A program made the position numbers and the translations under genes. From positions 512 through 64,511 of the forward strand of contig CAWWAF010000007.1 of assembly GCA_963934795.1 (NCBI GenBank): DNA of 64,000 bases, read 5' to 3'. This document shows, one piece after another, positions 38,118 through 49,558 of the stretch; the stretch's first letter is position 1; every line of letters starts with the position of its first letter. This DNA is from an uncultured bacterium. GTDB lineage: Bacteria > Acidobacteriota > Vicinamibacteria > Vicinamibacterales > UBA8438. Below the pieces are notes generated by a model. That model made no database searches, was not told where the DNA came from, and saw only the letters and a program-made list of their open reading frames with translations.

Positions 38118-38846
38118 GTGCGCGTAACGACTGAACTGCAGGTAGCGGCGGTGCGCACAGCCACGATGATGTCGACTGGTTGTCTTCTCGGCTTCGCGAG
38201 CGTGGAGGGCTCGGGCACCATCGTCACGCTACAGCCTGATCTCAGCGGGTTCACCGAGGTGTCGGCGGGCAGCGGGGCTCGGGCGCGCATCGTAGCCGGC
38301 GACGACTATTCCGTCGTGGTCCGGATTGACGACAACCTGCAGGATGACGTGCAGGTCGAGGTAGAAGACGGCCGACTGCACATCGGGATGCGCTCGACAT
38401 TCAACTACCGAAACCGTCACTTCGAAGTCGACGTCACGCTGCCGGATCTCGCCGTGGTGTCTGTGAGTGGCGGGGCGCGGGCGACGCTGTCCGGGTTCGA
38501 CCTCGACCATGCCATGGATGCCCGTGTGTCTGGTGGCGCCAGGCTCGAGGGCGCGGTGGACGCGGCCCGCCTCTCCATGACCGCGTCAGGCGGTGCCCGA
38601 GCCGAGCTGGCAGACACCGCGGAGTCGGTATCCGTGCGTGGGAGCGGCGGCAGCCGTACCGACCTGTCGTCTTTCACTGCTGAGTCGGTGGACGTCTCGC
38701 TCAGCGGCGGGAGCCGTGCAGACGTCTATGCGACGCAGGAACTGACGGGGGGCGTCAGCGGTGGCGCCAGAGTGACCTACGACGGCGCGCCTGTCACTGT
38801 TGATGTCGGGCGGAGCGGCGGCGGCCGGGTCAGCGCTAGAAAATAG
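38118..38846 (+). CDS. Head GIN domain (DUF2807) beta-helix protein, probable lipoprotein
   Basis: EGSG N-terminal motif and repeated SGG(A/S)R beta-helix turns; STGC lipobox-like motif. Confidence 0.85.
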   Translation: MRVTTELQVAAVRTATMMSTGCLLGFASVEGSGTIVTLQPDLSGFTEVSAGSGARARIVAGDDYSVVVRIDDNLQDDVQVEVEDGRLHIGMRSTFNYRNRHFEVDVTLPDLAVVSVSGGARATLSGFDLDHAMDARVSGGARLEGAVDAARLSMTASGGARAELADTAESVSVRGSGGSRTDLSSFTAESVDVSLSGGSRADVYATQELTGGVSGGARVTYDGAPVTVDVGRSGGGRVSARK

Positions 38847-39909
38847 CCAGCGCGTTCACCGGAGATCCCGTCCCCGTTTCCACCGCGAGCGGCGCGGCGA
38901 CGAGCATGAATTCCCATCGATTCTGGGCCGCAGCGGTTTCCGCCAGCGCCTCGAGGTCCTGGTTGTCGAACAGATCCACCCCCATGGCGACGATCGTGAG
39001 TTGGTGCACCGGCAGTGGTACCCCCTCGATCTGCGATGGCACGACGTCGGCGGCCACGTCGCTCCCCAGGAACGACACGTCTCGGGCTTTGACCCACGGC
39101 ATCGTCGACGCGTGCAAGCCGGCCGCGCCCTGCGAGACATTCCACGGGCCCAGTTCGGCCCGGCGGGCCCACCGCCCGGTGCGGATGAAGATGGCATCGC
39201 CGGGTCGCACCGTGACGCCCGCCATCTCTTCCCAGGCCTCGAGATCTTCCTGGTAAATCGGTGTCCCCGGTTCCAGGTAGTCCACGCCCTTCAGCCGCGG
39301 AATGTCGAACAGGACGCCACGCGTGACCACGCCCCCGTGCAAGTTGATGATCGACGCGTTCGAACATCCCGCCTCGGTGACCGTCTCCTGCGACACGCCG
39401 TTGTACATCTGCCCCTTGTAGAAAATGTGGCAGAGCGAGTCGAGATGGCTGTGCGAGTAGCCGTGGTAGCTGATGGTGTAGCTGTCACTGACGCTCGCGT
39501 AGAAGACGGGCTCCGCTGTCGCTTGCGGCACATTCAAGATGCGACGCTCAAACGGTGACGACACGTCGGCCGCCGCCTCGGTCAGCAACGGATGCTCAAG
39601 TGACACGGTAATCCCCTCCGTGGCCAGCGCAATCGCCTCCAAACGCTTCGCGGGGGTGATGAGATTCGCCGCCCCGAGTTGGTCGTCCGGGCCCCAGCGC
39701 CCCCAGTTCGACAACTCCTCCATTAGCCGCTCGACGTCAGCCAGGTCGAGATCGTGCGACTCGGGTGTCACCACAGGCGGGGTATAACTCGGCGCCGTCG
39801 GGGTCGACGGTTCGGTCGTCGTCACCGGTGCCTCCGCCGCGGGGGCGCACGTGACACAGGCCAGGGCCAATCCGGTGAGGGCTCCACGAAAGAACCGACG
39901 TCGTTGCAT
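38836..39909 (-). CDS. Metal-dependent cyclase family protein, exported; paralogue of 25318-26325
   Basis: [42 protein letters not shown]; N-terminal RRRFF and Cys-containing signal. Confidence 0.85.
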   Translation of the reverse strand: MQRRRFFRGALTGLALACVTCAPAAEAPVTTTEPSTPTAPSYTPPVVTPESHDLDLADVERLMEELSNWGRWGPDDQLGAANLITPAKRLEAIALATEGITVSLEHPLLTEAAADVSSPFERRILNVPQATAEPVFYASVSDSYTISYHGYSHSHLDSLCHIFYKGQMYNGVSQETVTEAGCSNASIINLHGGVVTRGVLFDIPRLKGVDYLEPGTPIYQEDLEAWEEMAGVTVRPGDAIFIRTGRWARRAELGPWNVSQGAAGLHASTMPWVKARDVSFLGSDVAADVVPSQIEGVPLPVHQLTIVAMGVDLFDNQDLEALAETAAAQNRWEFMLVAAPLAVETGTGSPVNALAIF

Positions 39910-40057
39910 CAGACACCTCTTCAGACACCCCCGTCAGCGAACACGGCGGCAGGACGATCTCAAGACCCAAGTCAATGACCGGGCCAAATCTCGAACAGTG
40001 CGGTACGATAACAGGTTCTCATGGAACCGCGTCATCCTATCGATATCAAGGACTGCC

Positions 40058-42289
40058 ATGTCATCTGCCAAGATCATCTGGACCAAAATCGACGAAGCGC
40101 CCGCCCTGGCCACCTATTCGCTCCTGCCGATTGTGCAGGCCTTCGCCAGCAGCGCCGGCGTCGCAATCGAAACCCGCGACATCTCACTTTCCGGACGGCT
40201 GATCGCGACGTTCCCTGAGCGGCTGACCGAAGCCCAGCGCATGCCCGACGCGCTGTCATCACTGGGTGAGCTGGCGAAGACCCCGGAGGCCAACATCGTC
40301 AAGCTCCCAAACATCAGCGCCTCGGTTCCCCAGCTCCAGGCGGCCATCAAGGAGTTGCAGGGGCAGGGATACGACATTCCGGACTATCCAGAAGAGCCCA
40401 CGAATGACGAGGAACGGGCGATCAGGGCACGCTTCGCCAAGGTGCTCGGCTCAGCCGTGAACCCGGTGCTCCGGGAAGGCAATTCAGACCGCCGCGCGGC
40501 AACGTCGGTCAAACGGTTCGCGCAGAAAAACCCACACCGCATGATGCGCGACTGGCCCGCTGAGGGCTCGGGCACCCGGGTCGCGCATATGCAGGACAAG
40601 GATTTCTTTGGCAGCGAGCGCTCCGCGACGATGGAGACGGCCACCAACGTCCGAATCGAGTTCGTTGCCGCCGACGGCACGACCACCGTGCTCAAGCAGG
40701 AGGTCGGGCTCCTCGCCGGCGAAGTCATCGACACGGCAGTCATGAACGTGACGGCGCTCCGGGCCTTCTACTCGCGCACCATCAAAGAGGCGCACGAGGA
40801 AGGGGCGCTGCTCTCGCTCCATCTGAAGGCCACCATGATGAAGGTGTCCGACCCGGTCATGTTCGGCCACTGCGTGGCGGTGTACTTCGCCGCCGCCCTG
40901 GACAAGCACGCGGAGACGCTCCGGAGTGTCGGTGCCAACGTGAACAACGGCCTAGCGGGCGTACTCGACAAGTTGTCCCTGCTGCCGGCGGACACGAAGG
41001 CCGAGGTCGAAGCGGACATCGCAGCGGTGTATCCGACTCGCCCGGCCCTCGCGATGGTCGATTCCCGCAAGGGCATCACGAACCTCCACGTGCCGAACGA
41101 CGTCATCATCGACGCCTCCATGCCGAATGTCGTGCGTGACGGCGGCCGCATGTGGAATAGCGATGACGACCTACAGGACGTCATCGCGATGGTGCCGGAC
41201 CGCTGTTACGCCACGATGTATCAGGCCATCATCGAAGACTGCCAGACCCATGGTCAGTTTGACCCGTCCACGATGGGCAGTGTGTCAAACGTCGGGCTCA
41301 TGGCGCGAAAAGCGGAAGAATACGGCTCCCACGACAAGACGTTTCTGGCGTCCGGCGCCGGAACGATCAGGGTTGTTGATGCCTCCGCCGGGACGAAGCT
41401 ACTTGAGCAGGCCGTCGAGACGGACGACATTTTCCGCATGTGCCAAACCAAGGACGAACCGATTCGCGACTGGGTCAAGTTGGCCGTCACCCGCGCACGG
41501 GCGTCAGGCGCGCCAGCGCTGTTCTGGCTCGACGCCAACCGGGCCCACGATGCCGTGCTGATTGGCAAGGTCGGCGCCTATCTCCCGGACCACGACACCG
41601 ACGGCCTGGATATCCGGATCTTGGCGCCCGTCGATGCGATGCGCGTGTCGCTCGAACGAATCCGTCAAGGAGAGGACACGATTGCCGTCACCGGCAACGT
41701 GCTGCGGGACTATCTGACCGACCTGTTCCCCATTCTCGAGCTCGGCACCAGCGCGCGGATGCTCTCGATCGTCCCACTCCTCAACGGCGGCGGTCTCTTC
41801 GAAACGGGGGCCGGCGGTTCAGCGCCCAAGCATGTGCAGCAATTGCTCAAGGAAGGCCATCTGCGGTGGGATTCGCTCGGCGAATATTGTGCGCTCGTCC
41901 CCGCGCTCGAACTGATCGCCAGGCAGACCAACAACGCCAAAGCGACGCTGTTAGCGGAGACACTCGACCACGCCATCGGGAGCTACCTCGAGCACGCCCG
42001 CTATCCCTCGCGAAAGATGCATGAGATCGACAATCGCGGTAGCACCTTCTACCTCGCCCTGTACTGGGCCCAAGCGTTGGCGACACAAGATGGGGATCAG
42101 GCGCTCAAGACCAGATTCACCGTGGTGGCCGAGGCGCTCGCGGCGAGCGAGAATCAGATCACGACGGAACTGCTGGCGGCGCAAGGCCGGCCGGTCGACA
42201 TCGGCGGATACTACCGGCCGGATGCTGACCGGGCAGAGCACACGATGCGGCCCAGCGCGACACTCAATGCCATTGTCGACAATGTGTAG
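40058..42289 (+). CDS. icd: Monomeric NADP-dependent isocitrate dehydrogenase
   Basis: [67 protein letters not shown]; 743 aa. Confidence 0.97.
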   Translation: MSSAKIIWTKIDEAPALATYSLLPIVQAFASSAGVAIETRDISLSGRLIATFPERLTEAQRMPDALSSLGELAKTPEANIVKLPNISASVPQLQAAIKELQGQGYDIPDYPEEPTNDEERAIRARFAKVLGSAVNPVLREGNSDRRAATSVKRFAQKNPHRMMRDWPAEGSGTRVAHMQDKDFFGSERSATMETATNVRIEFVAADGTTTVLKQEVGLLAGEVIDTAVMNVTALRAFYSRTIKEAHEEGALLSLHLKATMMKVSDPVMFGHCVAVYFAAALDKHAETLRSVGANVNNGLAGVLDKLSLLPADTKAEVEADIAAVYPTRPALAMVDSRKGITNLHVPNDVIIDASMPNVVRDGGRMWNSDDDLQDVIAMVPDRCYATMYQAIIEDCQTHGQFDPSTMGSVSNVGLMARKAEEYGSHDKTFLASGAGTIRVVDASAGTKLLEQAVETDDIFRMCQTKDEPIRDWVKLAVTRARASGAPALFWLDANRAHDAVLIGKVGAYLPDHDTDGLDIRILAPVDAMRVSLERIRQGEDTIAVTGNVLRDYLTDLFPILELGTSARMLSIVPLLNGGGLFETGAGGSAPKHVQQLLKEGHLRWDSLGEYCALVPALELIARQTNNAKATLLAETLDHAIGSYLEHARYPSRKMHEIDNRGSTFYLALYWAQALATQDGDQALKTRFTVVAEALAASENQITTELLAAQGRPVDIGGYYRPDADRAEHTMRPSATLNAIVDNV

Positions 42290-42358
42290 CGTGAGACGGG
42301 CCTCAGGGTCGACTCGGCGGCCCTCCCAGCCAGAGGGTCGGTGCGCGACAGCGTGCAC

Positions 42359-43234
42359 CTACTCGATGAATCGGACCTCGAACATCGTGGGCCACAACTT
42401 GCCGGTCAGGTAGAACGTCCTCGCCGTCGGGTCGTAGGCAATGCCGTTGAGATAATCGGTGCCGCGACGCGCCTCGTCGGAGAGGAGTCCGGAGGCATCG
42501 ATGTAGTCGGTGACCCGACCCGTCGCCGGGTCAATTCGTACCAAAAAATTCCAGGTATGCACATTGGCATACACCGCGCCGTCCACGCACTCGAGCTCGT
42601 TCAGATTGCGCAGCGGCTGTCCGCGAAGGCGGACCGTCTGATGGCCGATCACGTCGAAGGTCGTCGGGTCCCGAAATGTCAGCCGCTCGGTGCCGTCGCT
42701 CATGACCAGACGGGTCCCGTCGTAGCACAGCCCCCATCCTTCGCCGTCGTAGCGGAAGGTGTCACCAGGGCTGAACGAATCGCGGTCGTATGTCAACACC
42801 CGCCCCAACGTGTAGGTGATTTGGAACAACCGGTCGTCGACCAGGGCCAGTCCCTCCGCCCAATACTCGGGGGCCACCTCATAACGCTGTTGAACCTCTC
42901 CGGTCAGCGGATCTAGTCGCCGCAAGCTCGAGCGGTCCCGGCGGCCGGCACTCTCAAAGAGCTGGTTGTTCCACCACACCAGCCCCTGGGTGTACGCGTC
43001 CTGGTCGTGGGGCAATGTGCGCACCACCTCGACGCGAAGCGTCCGAACCACCGGCGGCGTGCCGACCCCGGTCTGCGCTGCGTGTGGAGTCGTGCCTTCC
43101 CACCCGGCCCAGACCGCACCGACCGCCAGGGCGACGAGGGCGACCGACAGAGCCCACAACTGAATTGGCCCGCGCGAGGCGACGCCCTCGCGAACCCGCC
43201 TCGGTCGGTGGCCGGTTCATTGTTTGCGCGCCAT
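42359..43234 (-). CDS. Bacterial/plant-type glutaminyl-peptide cyclotransferase; possibly interrupted by TGA at 43217-43219 (otherwise starts at TTG 43159)
   Basis: HDQDAYTQGL, EGLAL, GEGWGL, LNELE, LNGIAY; in-frame upstream ATG gives MARKQ*TGHRPRR...LWALSV. Confidence 0.85.
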
Positions 43235-43280
43235 GGTGGCTCTGGTTCGTGGAAACGTGTGGAGCGGCGGTTCGGACCGC

Positions 43281-43955
43281 CTAGGGGGCAGTAATGAGAC
43301 GGCGCAGATACGCGACGCCCTCGCTCGCTGGGCCGACGACCGGAGCCGCATGGGCGTCCGCACTCGCGGGAAGAATCCGCTCCATCGAAAATTGCGCAAA
43401 GACGATGGCGGTGTTGGCGTCGATATCCCCGATCGCCTCGAGGACCAGGGTGTCGTGCCGGGCCGGGTCCCCACCGGTCAACGCATCCAACGCGCCCCGC
43501 ACCGGGTGATTGGAGAGGTCCACCGACACACCGCGCTGGCGCGCCTCCGCGTCAATCGCTTCTGACAGCAACACAGCCGAGTCGGGCGTCGTTGAGAGGA
43601 CGTGCAACGGCTGTTCGCGGCCGAGATCGAGCGCCCGCTCGATGATGCCGTCGAACGAGGTGGCGACCGGGATCGTCACGCTATTCCGCGCCGCAATGGC
43701 GGCCTCACCGAAGAACGAACCGGTCACGATGAGGGCTTCGGTCCCGGTGGTGGCGCTGTATTGAATCAGCCGATCAATCCGCGCCGCCAGTTCGTCGTCA
43801 TCGGCGGTGCCGGCGTTCCGGTCGAGATACAGGGAGCCGTCCAGCAGGTGCGCAACATCCGCCTCCGGCCACACCCGGTCGAACGCGTTCTGCGTCGTCG
43901 GGATCGCGTTCGCCAGCGCGTGAAGTGCGCCAATTCGATAACGCCGTTGAATCAT
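43281..43955 (-). CDS. Asp/Glu/hydantoin racemase superfamily-like hypothetical protein
   Basis: HLLDGSL, IVTGSFFG, VFAQFSM pattern; the expected catalytic Cys is not evident. Confidence 0.55.
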   Translation of the reverse strand: MIQRRYRIGALHALANAIPTTQNAFDRVWPEADVAHLLDGSLYLDRNAGTADDDELAARIDRLIQYSATTGTEALIVTGSFFGEAAIAARNSVTIPVATSFDGIIERALDLGREQPLHVLSTTPDSAVLLSEAIDAEARQRGVSVDLSNHPVRGALDALTGGDPARHDTLVLEAIGDIDANTAIVFAQFSMERILPASADAHAAPVVGPASEGVAYLRRLITAP

Positions 43956-43973
43956 GGTGAGACCGCCCGCAGC

Positions 43974-44981
43974 CTACTCGTTCGACTTCTCGATTGCCCG
44001 GGCGCCGCTCAGCGTGCCTTCCATCCCGTAGTTGCCTTCATGGCAGGCATACTCGAACATCGGGAGTTCGCTGCGACGCATCGGCAGTTCGACGGTCCAC
44101 GGCGCGGTCCAGGTGGTCGAATCCGTGACCGTGAAGGTATAGACGAGCGTGTCTTCGTCCTGGCGCTGGATCCGTTCAACCAGGTGCAGGTTGTCGCTGG
44201 AGCTGCGAAAGCTGGTTTCCCGCAAGAAGTTCTTCGTCTCCACGACCAGCGTGTCGCCCTCCCAATGTCCGCGCGAGACGCCGGTCCACATCGGCACCGA
44301 GCCATGGTCACTGCCGTCGAGCGGGATGATCCGAGCGTTGTGCACCATCTCGTTCAACAACACGACATAGTCGGCGTTCTGGAAGATCTGAACGTTCATG
44401 TTGTACGCGGCCGGCAGCATGGGCGGGCCGGAGTTGAAACCGGTGATGCACCGCTCGCCGAGCGGACGGTCCTCTGGTCCCTCGGTCGCACGCTGATTGA
44501 TTCTCACGCGCTCGGCCACCCGGGCGGCACCGTCGGGGGTCAAGTCCGGGATCAGCCCCGTCGGCGGGTCGATGACCAATGAGGTCCGGCGAGTCTCGAC
44601 AACCGCCGTTCCGCGATCCCACCAGAAGTCGTTGTACGCGAGGGCCAGGTCCAGGGTCTCGCTGGTGCCATTCACCTGCCCACGATCGGTCGTCTCTTGC
44701 TTCTTCGCCTCACGGTTGAGGTCGGCGTTGCTGGACCGAACCTTCTCGGCCGCATAGGCGGCCACTTCTTCCCCGGTCAGGAAGGCTTTGTCGGCCAGCT
44801 CGGCCGGGCGTTCCAGCGGCGTGACGGTCCGAAAGTCCCAGACTCCCGTCAGATCCGGCTGACCGTCCGCGGTTCTCGGCGACGCGGTGCCGCTACTCGA
44901 CTGGGCGGTGGCGGTGACGGCGGAGCACAGCAGCGCAGACGCGGCACAGCAGGCAAGAAACGTGCGTGGTCGGATGATCAT
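43974..44981 (-). CDS. Exported conserved hypothetical protein (RTADGxPDL...FEYACHEGNY family)
   Basis: Signal peptide; RTADGQPDLTGVW, RTSLVIDPPTG, GHWEGDTLVVET, EYACHEGNY. Confidence 0.75.
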   Translation of the reverse strand: MIIRPRTFLACCAASALLCSAVTATAQSSSGTASPRTADGQPDLTGVWDFRTVTPLERPAELADKAFLTGEEVAAYAAEKVRSSNADLNREAKKQETTDRGQVNGTSETLDLALAYNDFWWDRGTAVVETRRTSLVIDPPTGLIPDLTPDGAARVAERVRINQRATEGPEDRPLGERCITGFNSGPPMLPAAYNMNVQIFQNADYVVLLNEMVHNARIIPLDGSDHGSVPMWTGVSRGHWEGDTLVVETKNFLRETSFRSSSDNLHLVERIQRQDEDTLVYTFTVTDSTTWTAPWTVELPMRRSELPMFEYACHEGNYGMEGTLSGARAIEKSNE

Positions 44982-45064
44982 GGTCTAAACCTCACTCAAT
45001 ATGTAGGTGCTGATCGTACCACGACCCCGTGTTTTGCACACGCGGAGCGGTCGCTGCTGTGCGG

Positions 45065-46432
45065 TTACTGGTAGTCAGCGGCCGCGAGCGACAGGCGCAC
45101 CACCTCTTCGTCGTTACGGACAATGACATGACGGTTGGCGAACGCAGGGTGCGCCCACAGCACGGGACGATCCCGGTATCGACCTGATATACCACCCCTG
45201 GTCCTGGTGGTTGGCGCGAGGAGCGGCGTGCGATCGATCTCCTCATACCCGCCCGGTGTGAACCGTGCCAGGATGAGTTCACCGGTGTCGTTCACAACGA
45301 AGTAGCGATCGTCGTGGCGGACGAAATAGGCGGTGGCCCACCGGTCTTGCTCGTTCATCTGCTCGGTCTGCCAGAGCCGTTCGCCGGTTGTCGCGTCGAG
45401 TCCACGCATTTCGCCGTAACTGCCGACGCCATACAGGTGGTCGCCGACGACGACGGGCGTCGAAATGATGGAATGCAACGTCTCGGTCTGGTCCGGCATT
45501 TCGCTCCGTGCCCCGCCTTGCCAGAGCACCCGCGCATCGGGCCGGTCAGGATTGAGCGCCAGCATCATCGATCCGTTGAAGAACTGGCTGACCACGAGAT
45601 ACCGGCCACTGCGCACAGGGGTCGCAATCGCCATACCGCCACCAATAGCGAAGGGCTGCTCCCAATACTGGGCGCCGGTCTCGGGATTCAGCGACGTGAT
45701 GGCGGTCGCGTGCCACGCGATCAATTGCCGTACACCGCCAGCCTCGATCACGATGGGTGCCGAGTACCCGGTTTCCGACGTGTTGTCGATGGCGCGCCAC
45801 ACCTCGGCCCCACTCACCTTGTCGAATGCCACAACCTTGGCGTCAGGGTCGCCACCCACCATCGCGATCAGCAGGTCACCCTCGACGAGTGGCGCCTGTG
45901 ATGTCCCCTGGACCGGGACGGTCGCGCCATACTCGGCTACGGTGTCGACCCGCCAGAGCAGTGCCCCCGCCTGGGTGTTGAACGCGGACAACAGGCCGGC
46001 CGCCCCAAGGACGTATACACGATCGCCATCGACCGTTGGCACAGCTCGCGGCCCGATGGCGTACTTGACCTGCAGATTGCGGTAGGTCGACGACCACTCT
46101 TGTTCCCACAGGTGGGCCCCGGTCTCTTCGTCGAACACGACCAGTCGTTCGTGCCCGTCCAGCGTACGACTGCCGGGTGTCTCCTGGTAGTCGAGCACGA
46201 AGACACGCCCGCCGGCCACCGCTGGGCCGGCGAATCCGGCCCGCACCGGAGCGCGCCAGGTCACCACGAGGCCGTCGCCCGCGAACTGCTCCACGACCCC
46301 GGTCTCGTGCCAGACCCCATCTCGAGCGATCCCCCGCCACTGTGGCCAATCTTCTGCCTGAAGATGACCGGCCGCCAGGGCGACGATTACGCCGGCGCCG
46401 AGCCACACGCAGTGATGTCTTTTCACGGCCAT
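45065..46432 (-). CDS. Exported PQQ-binding-like beta-propeller repeat protein
   Basis: EDWPQWRG, GFAGPAVA, GYSAP, LWAHPAFA. Confidence 0.85.
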   Translation of the reverse strand: MAVKRHHCVWLGAGVIVALAAGHLQAEDWPQWRGIARDGVWHETGVVEQFAGDGLVVTWRAPVRAGFAGPAVAGGRVFVLDYQETPGSRTLDGHERLVVFDEETGAHLWEQEWSSTYRNLQVKYAIGPRAVPTVDGDRVYVLGAAGLLSAFNTQAGALLWRVDTVAEYGATVPVQGTSQAPLVEGDLLIAMVGGDPDAKVVAFDKVSGAEVWRAIDNTSETGYSAPIVIEAGGVRQLIAWHATAITSLNPETGAQYWEQPFAIGGGMAIATPVRSGRYLVVSQFFNGSMMLALNPDRPDARVLWQGGARSEMPDQTETLHSIISTPVVVGDHLYGVGSYGEMRGLDATTGERLWQTEQMNEQDRWATAYFVRHDDRYFVVNDTGELILARFTPGGYEEIDRTPLLAPTTRTRGGISGRYRDRPVLWAHPAFANRHVIVRNDEEVVRLSLAAADYQ

Positions 46433-46518
46433 AGGATGGCGCGACCCCCTCGTCCTGGTCAACCCGGGGCGTGCCCGGAGCGTGCCCCGCGGGCGCCCGG
46501 CGCGCTACCATAGCGTCA

Positions 46519-47514
46519 ATGGCCGCTTTCTCCGTGCTCGATCTGTCTCCCATCCCTGAAGGGGGTGACGCCGCGGTCGCCTTGCGCAACTCTGCGGATC
46601 TGGCTCGGCACGCCGAGCAATGCGGGTATCGGCGCTTCTGGCTCGCCGAGCACCACAACATGCCCGGGATCGCCAGCGCCGCCACCGCGGTGGTCATTGG
46701 TCACGTCGCGGCCGCCACATCGACGATTCGGGTGGGAGCGGGCGGCATCATGCTGCCGAACCACGCACCCCTCGTGATCGCGGAGCAGTTCGGTACGCTG
46801 GCGACGTTGTTCCCGGGACGTATTGACCTCGGCCTGGGACGCGCGCCTGGCACAGATCAGCAAACCAGTCAGGCGCTGCGGCGCACTCTGGATGGCGACG
46901 TCCATGCGTTTCCGCGCGATGTCGTCGAGCTCCAACGCTATTTCGCCGCGGTGGAGCCCGGGCAACGCGTGCGTGCCGTGCCGGGTGCCGGCCTCGAGGT
47001 GCCTATCTGGATTCTCGGTTCCAGCTTGTTCGGTGCACAGCTGGCGGCGGCGTTGGGTCTCCCCTACGCGTTCGCCTCACACTTTGCGCCCGCCGCACTC
47101 ATGCAGGCCCTCGAGACGTATCGCTCGCAGTTCACACCGTCGACCCAATTGGCCGAACCGTATGCCATGGCTGGGCTCAATGTCTTCGCGGCCGAGACCG
47201 CGGAGGAGGCCAGGTTCCTGCGCACCTCGGTGCAGCAGTCAATCTTGCAGCTGCGGCGTGGTGCCCCCTGCCCGCTGCCTCCTCCAGTCCCTGACTTCGA
47301 TGCAGGCCTGTCGGCGGCTGAACGGCAGATGCTGGATCAGATGCAATCGTGCTCCGTGGTGGGTGGCCCCGACACGATAGGCACGGGCGTCGCCGACTTC
47401 GTCGAACAGACAGGTGTGGACGAGGTCATGATCACGGCCCACATCTTCGATCACGACGCCCGGCTGCGCTCGCTCCAGATCACGGCGGAGCAGTTGATGC
47501 TCGCTCCCGTGTGA
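46519..47514 (+). CDS. Luciferase-like (LLM class) flavin-dependent monooxygenase, YhbW-like
   Basis: [43 protein letters not shown]. Confidence 0.92.
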   Translation: MAAFSVLDLSPIPEGGDAAVALRNSADLARHAEQCGYRRFWLAEHHNMPGIASAATAVVIGHVAAATSTIRVGAGGIMLPNHAPLVIAEQFGTLATLFPGRIDLGLGRAPGTDQQTSQALRRTLDGDVHAFPRDVVELQRYFAAVEPGQRVRAVPGAGLEVPIWILGSSLFGAQLAAALGLPYAFASHFAPAALMQALETYRSQFTPSTQLAEPYAMAGLNVFAAETAEEARFLRTSVQQSILQLRRGAPCPLPPPVPDFDAGLSAAERQMLDQMQSCSVVGGPDTIGTGVADFVEQTGVDEVMITAHIFDHDARLRSLQITAEQLMLAPV

Positions 47515-47542
47515 GGGGCCGTCTTGGCTGTCCGCAGGCGCC

Positions 47543-49174
47543 TCACTCTGACCTGATCAACGCCTGCGCGGCGTTCGCTCCATCCAAGGCGGCGCTCATA
47601 ATGCCCCCTGCATACCCGGCTCCCTCGCCCACCGGGTACAGGTTCGTGAAGCCCATCGCGCGATAGGTGACGCGGTCACGGGGAATACGGACCGGACCAG
47701 AGCTGCGCGACTCGAGGCCAACCAGCAATCCGGCGTCGCTCGCGAAGCCGGGGAGGCGCCGTTCAAAAGAGATCAGGGCGCGCGCGATGGCCCGTCTGGC
47801 CAGCTCGGGCAGGAGCTGGTCGAGGCGCCCGGGGACGATGCCGAAAGGCCACGTCGAGCGCCGCGCGGCGCCGGCCTTCGCCGACGGCCGGTCGCGGCCG
47901 GCCAGGAAGTCCGCGGCCGTCTGAGCCGGCGCTGTGTAGTCACTCCCTCCGGCCTCGAAAAAGCGTTGCTCCAGCGTGCGTTGGAACGCCACGCCGTCAA
48001 AGGCACCGTGGCCAAACTCGCGCGGGCCAAGCGTGGTGACCACCGCAGCGCTGGCCCAGGGAGACGAGTGCCTGGAGTTACTCATGCCGTTGGTGCACAG
48101 CAGCCCAGGCTCGTTGATGGACGCCACGATGCGGCCACCAGGGCACATGCAGAATGAGTAGCCGGCCGGAAGACCGTCACCAGCCTTGCACAGCAGGTTG
48201 TAGCTGGCTGCCCCGAGTTGCACCGCGGCGGCGCCATAACGACCGCGATCGATCAGTTCCTGGGGATGCTCGATGCGCAGACCGAGTTGGAACGGCTTTG
48301 GCTCAAACAGCACACCCTGGTCCGCCAACTTGGCCCACGTATCGCGCGCGCTGTGCCCCACGGCGAGCACCAGCGCGTCGCACCCGACCTCACCAGCGCT
48401 GGTCGCGACCGCCGTCACCTGGCCCTTGCCGAGCACGAGCGACTCGACCCTCGTGTCGAACCGGAAGACGACGCCGAGCGCCTCGAGCCGTCGTCTGAAC
48501 GCGGGCAAGATGCGGTGCAGCCGGTCGGTACCAATGTGCGCCAGACTGTCGTAGGCGATGGCGGCAGGAGCGCCGCAAGCGATGAGTTCCTCAAGCAGCG
48601 GCACCTCAAGCGGATCATCCACCCGTGTATAGATTTTGCCGTCCGAATAGGTCCCCGCCCCCCCTTCGCCGAAGAGCAGGTTGCGCTCCGGGTCGACCTC
48701 GCGCGAGCGGTGGAACCGGGCCACCGCGCGGCTCCGCTCACGCACCGCCGGACCCCGCTCGAGTAATGTCACCTGCGCACCGTTGCGAGCGAGCACGAGC
48801 GCGGCGAACAGCCCCGCCGGTCCAGCACCGACGACAACGACTCGCGACGCGTCGCCGCGACGGCGACCGAGCACCTCGATCGATCCCATCTCCGGGGCCA
48901 GTCGCGCCCGCCCCGCCTTCTCGGCCCGCGCCAACGCACCCGTGCGACGCCCAGCCTCCATCACGACGTCCACGTGGCAGACGAAACGTAGCCGCCGGGC
49001 CCCGCCGCGCTGACGCATGTCCAGCGCCTTGCGAGCGATACGAAAGCCCCGCAACTCCTCAACGTCGAGACCAACGAGTTGCGCCGCGTGCTCGCGCAGC
49101 CGTTGCTCCGGTTCGTCGAGGGCCAGTTCCAGCCCTAACAGCCGCCACGTGGCTGACGGCAACCGTTCGCTCAT
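47543..49174 (-). CDS. Uncharacterised FAD-dependent dehydrogenase (COG2509-like)
   Basis: VVGAGPAGL, FGEGGAGTYSDGK, SFCMCPGG, TNGMS, GEGAGYAGGIMSAA. Confidence 0.85.
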   Translation of the reverse strand: MSERLPSATWRLLGLELALDEPEQRLREHAAQLVGLDVEELRGFRIARKALDMRQRGGARRLRFVCHVDVVMEAGRRTGALARAEKAGRARLAPEMGSIEVLGRRRGDASRVVVVGAGPAGLFAALVLARNGAQVTLLERGPAVRERSRAVARFHRSREVDPERNLLFGEGGAGTYSDGKIYTRVDDPLEVPLLEELIACGAPAAIAYDSLAHIGTDRLHRILPAFRRRLEALGVVFRFDTRVESLVLGKGQVTAVATSAGEVGCDALVLAVGHSARDTWAKLADQGVLFEPKPFQLGLRIEHPQELIDRGRYGAAAVQLGAASYNLLCKAGDGLPAGYSFCMCPGGRIVASINEPGLLCTNGMSNSRHSSPWASAAVVTTLGPREFGHGAFDGVAFQRTLEQRFFEAGGSDYTAPAQTAADFLAGRDRPSAKAGAARRSTWPFGIVPGRLDQLLPELARRAIARALISFERRLPGFASDAGLLVGLESRSSGPVRIPRDRVTYRAMGFTNLYPVGEGAGYAGGIMSAALDGANAAQALIRSE

Positions 49175-49289
49175 GTCCACCTGTCTCGGGGCCTCCGGGT
49201 CATGACGCAATCGGTGACGCTCTTACGTATCCGCACGCCTGTCGGCGGAGTAACATGCCCCGCACGCAACCATCTCTCGAGCCGCGACC

Positions 49290-49500
49290 GTGATTGACAC
49301 CTTGCGTTCCGACCTGCGGTATACCGTGCGGGCACTCGCCAAGCACCCCAGGTTCTCGGTGCTCGTGATCGGCACGATGGCGCTCGGCATCGCGGCGACG
49401 ACCGCAGTCTACAGGGTCATCGACGGGGTTATCGTTCGCCCGCTCCCGTTTCCGGAAGGCGATCGGTTCGCCCAGCTCCTCCGACCTCGCACCGACGGGA
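49290..49500 (+). pseudogene. 5' remnant of a MacB-like/ADOP family ABC permease
   Basis: DLRYTVRALAKHPRFSVLVIGTMALGIAATTAVYRVIDGVIVRPLPF signature; similarity ends after about 65 codons and the next gene's RBS follows. Confidence 0.8.
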
Positions 49501-49558
49501 AGGGCGGAGCCGGTCAACACCGGAGCGAGGTCGTAGGGACACGTTCAGGAGGCCACAC

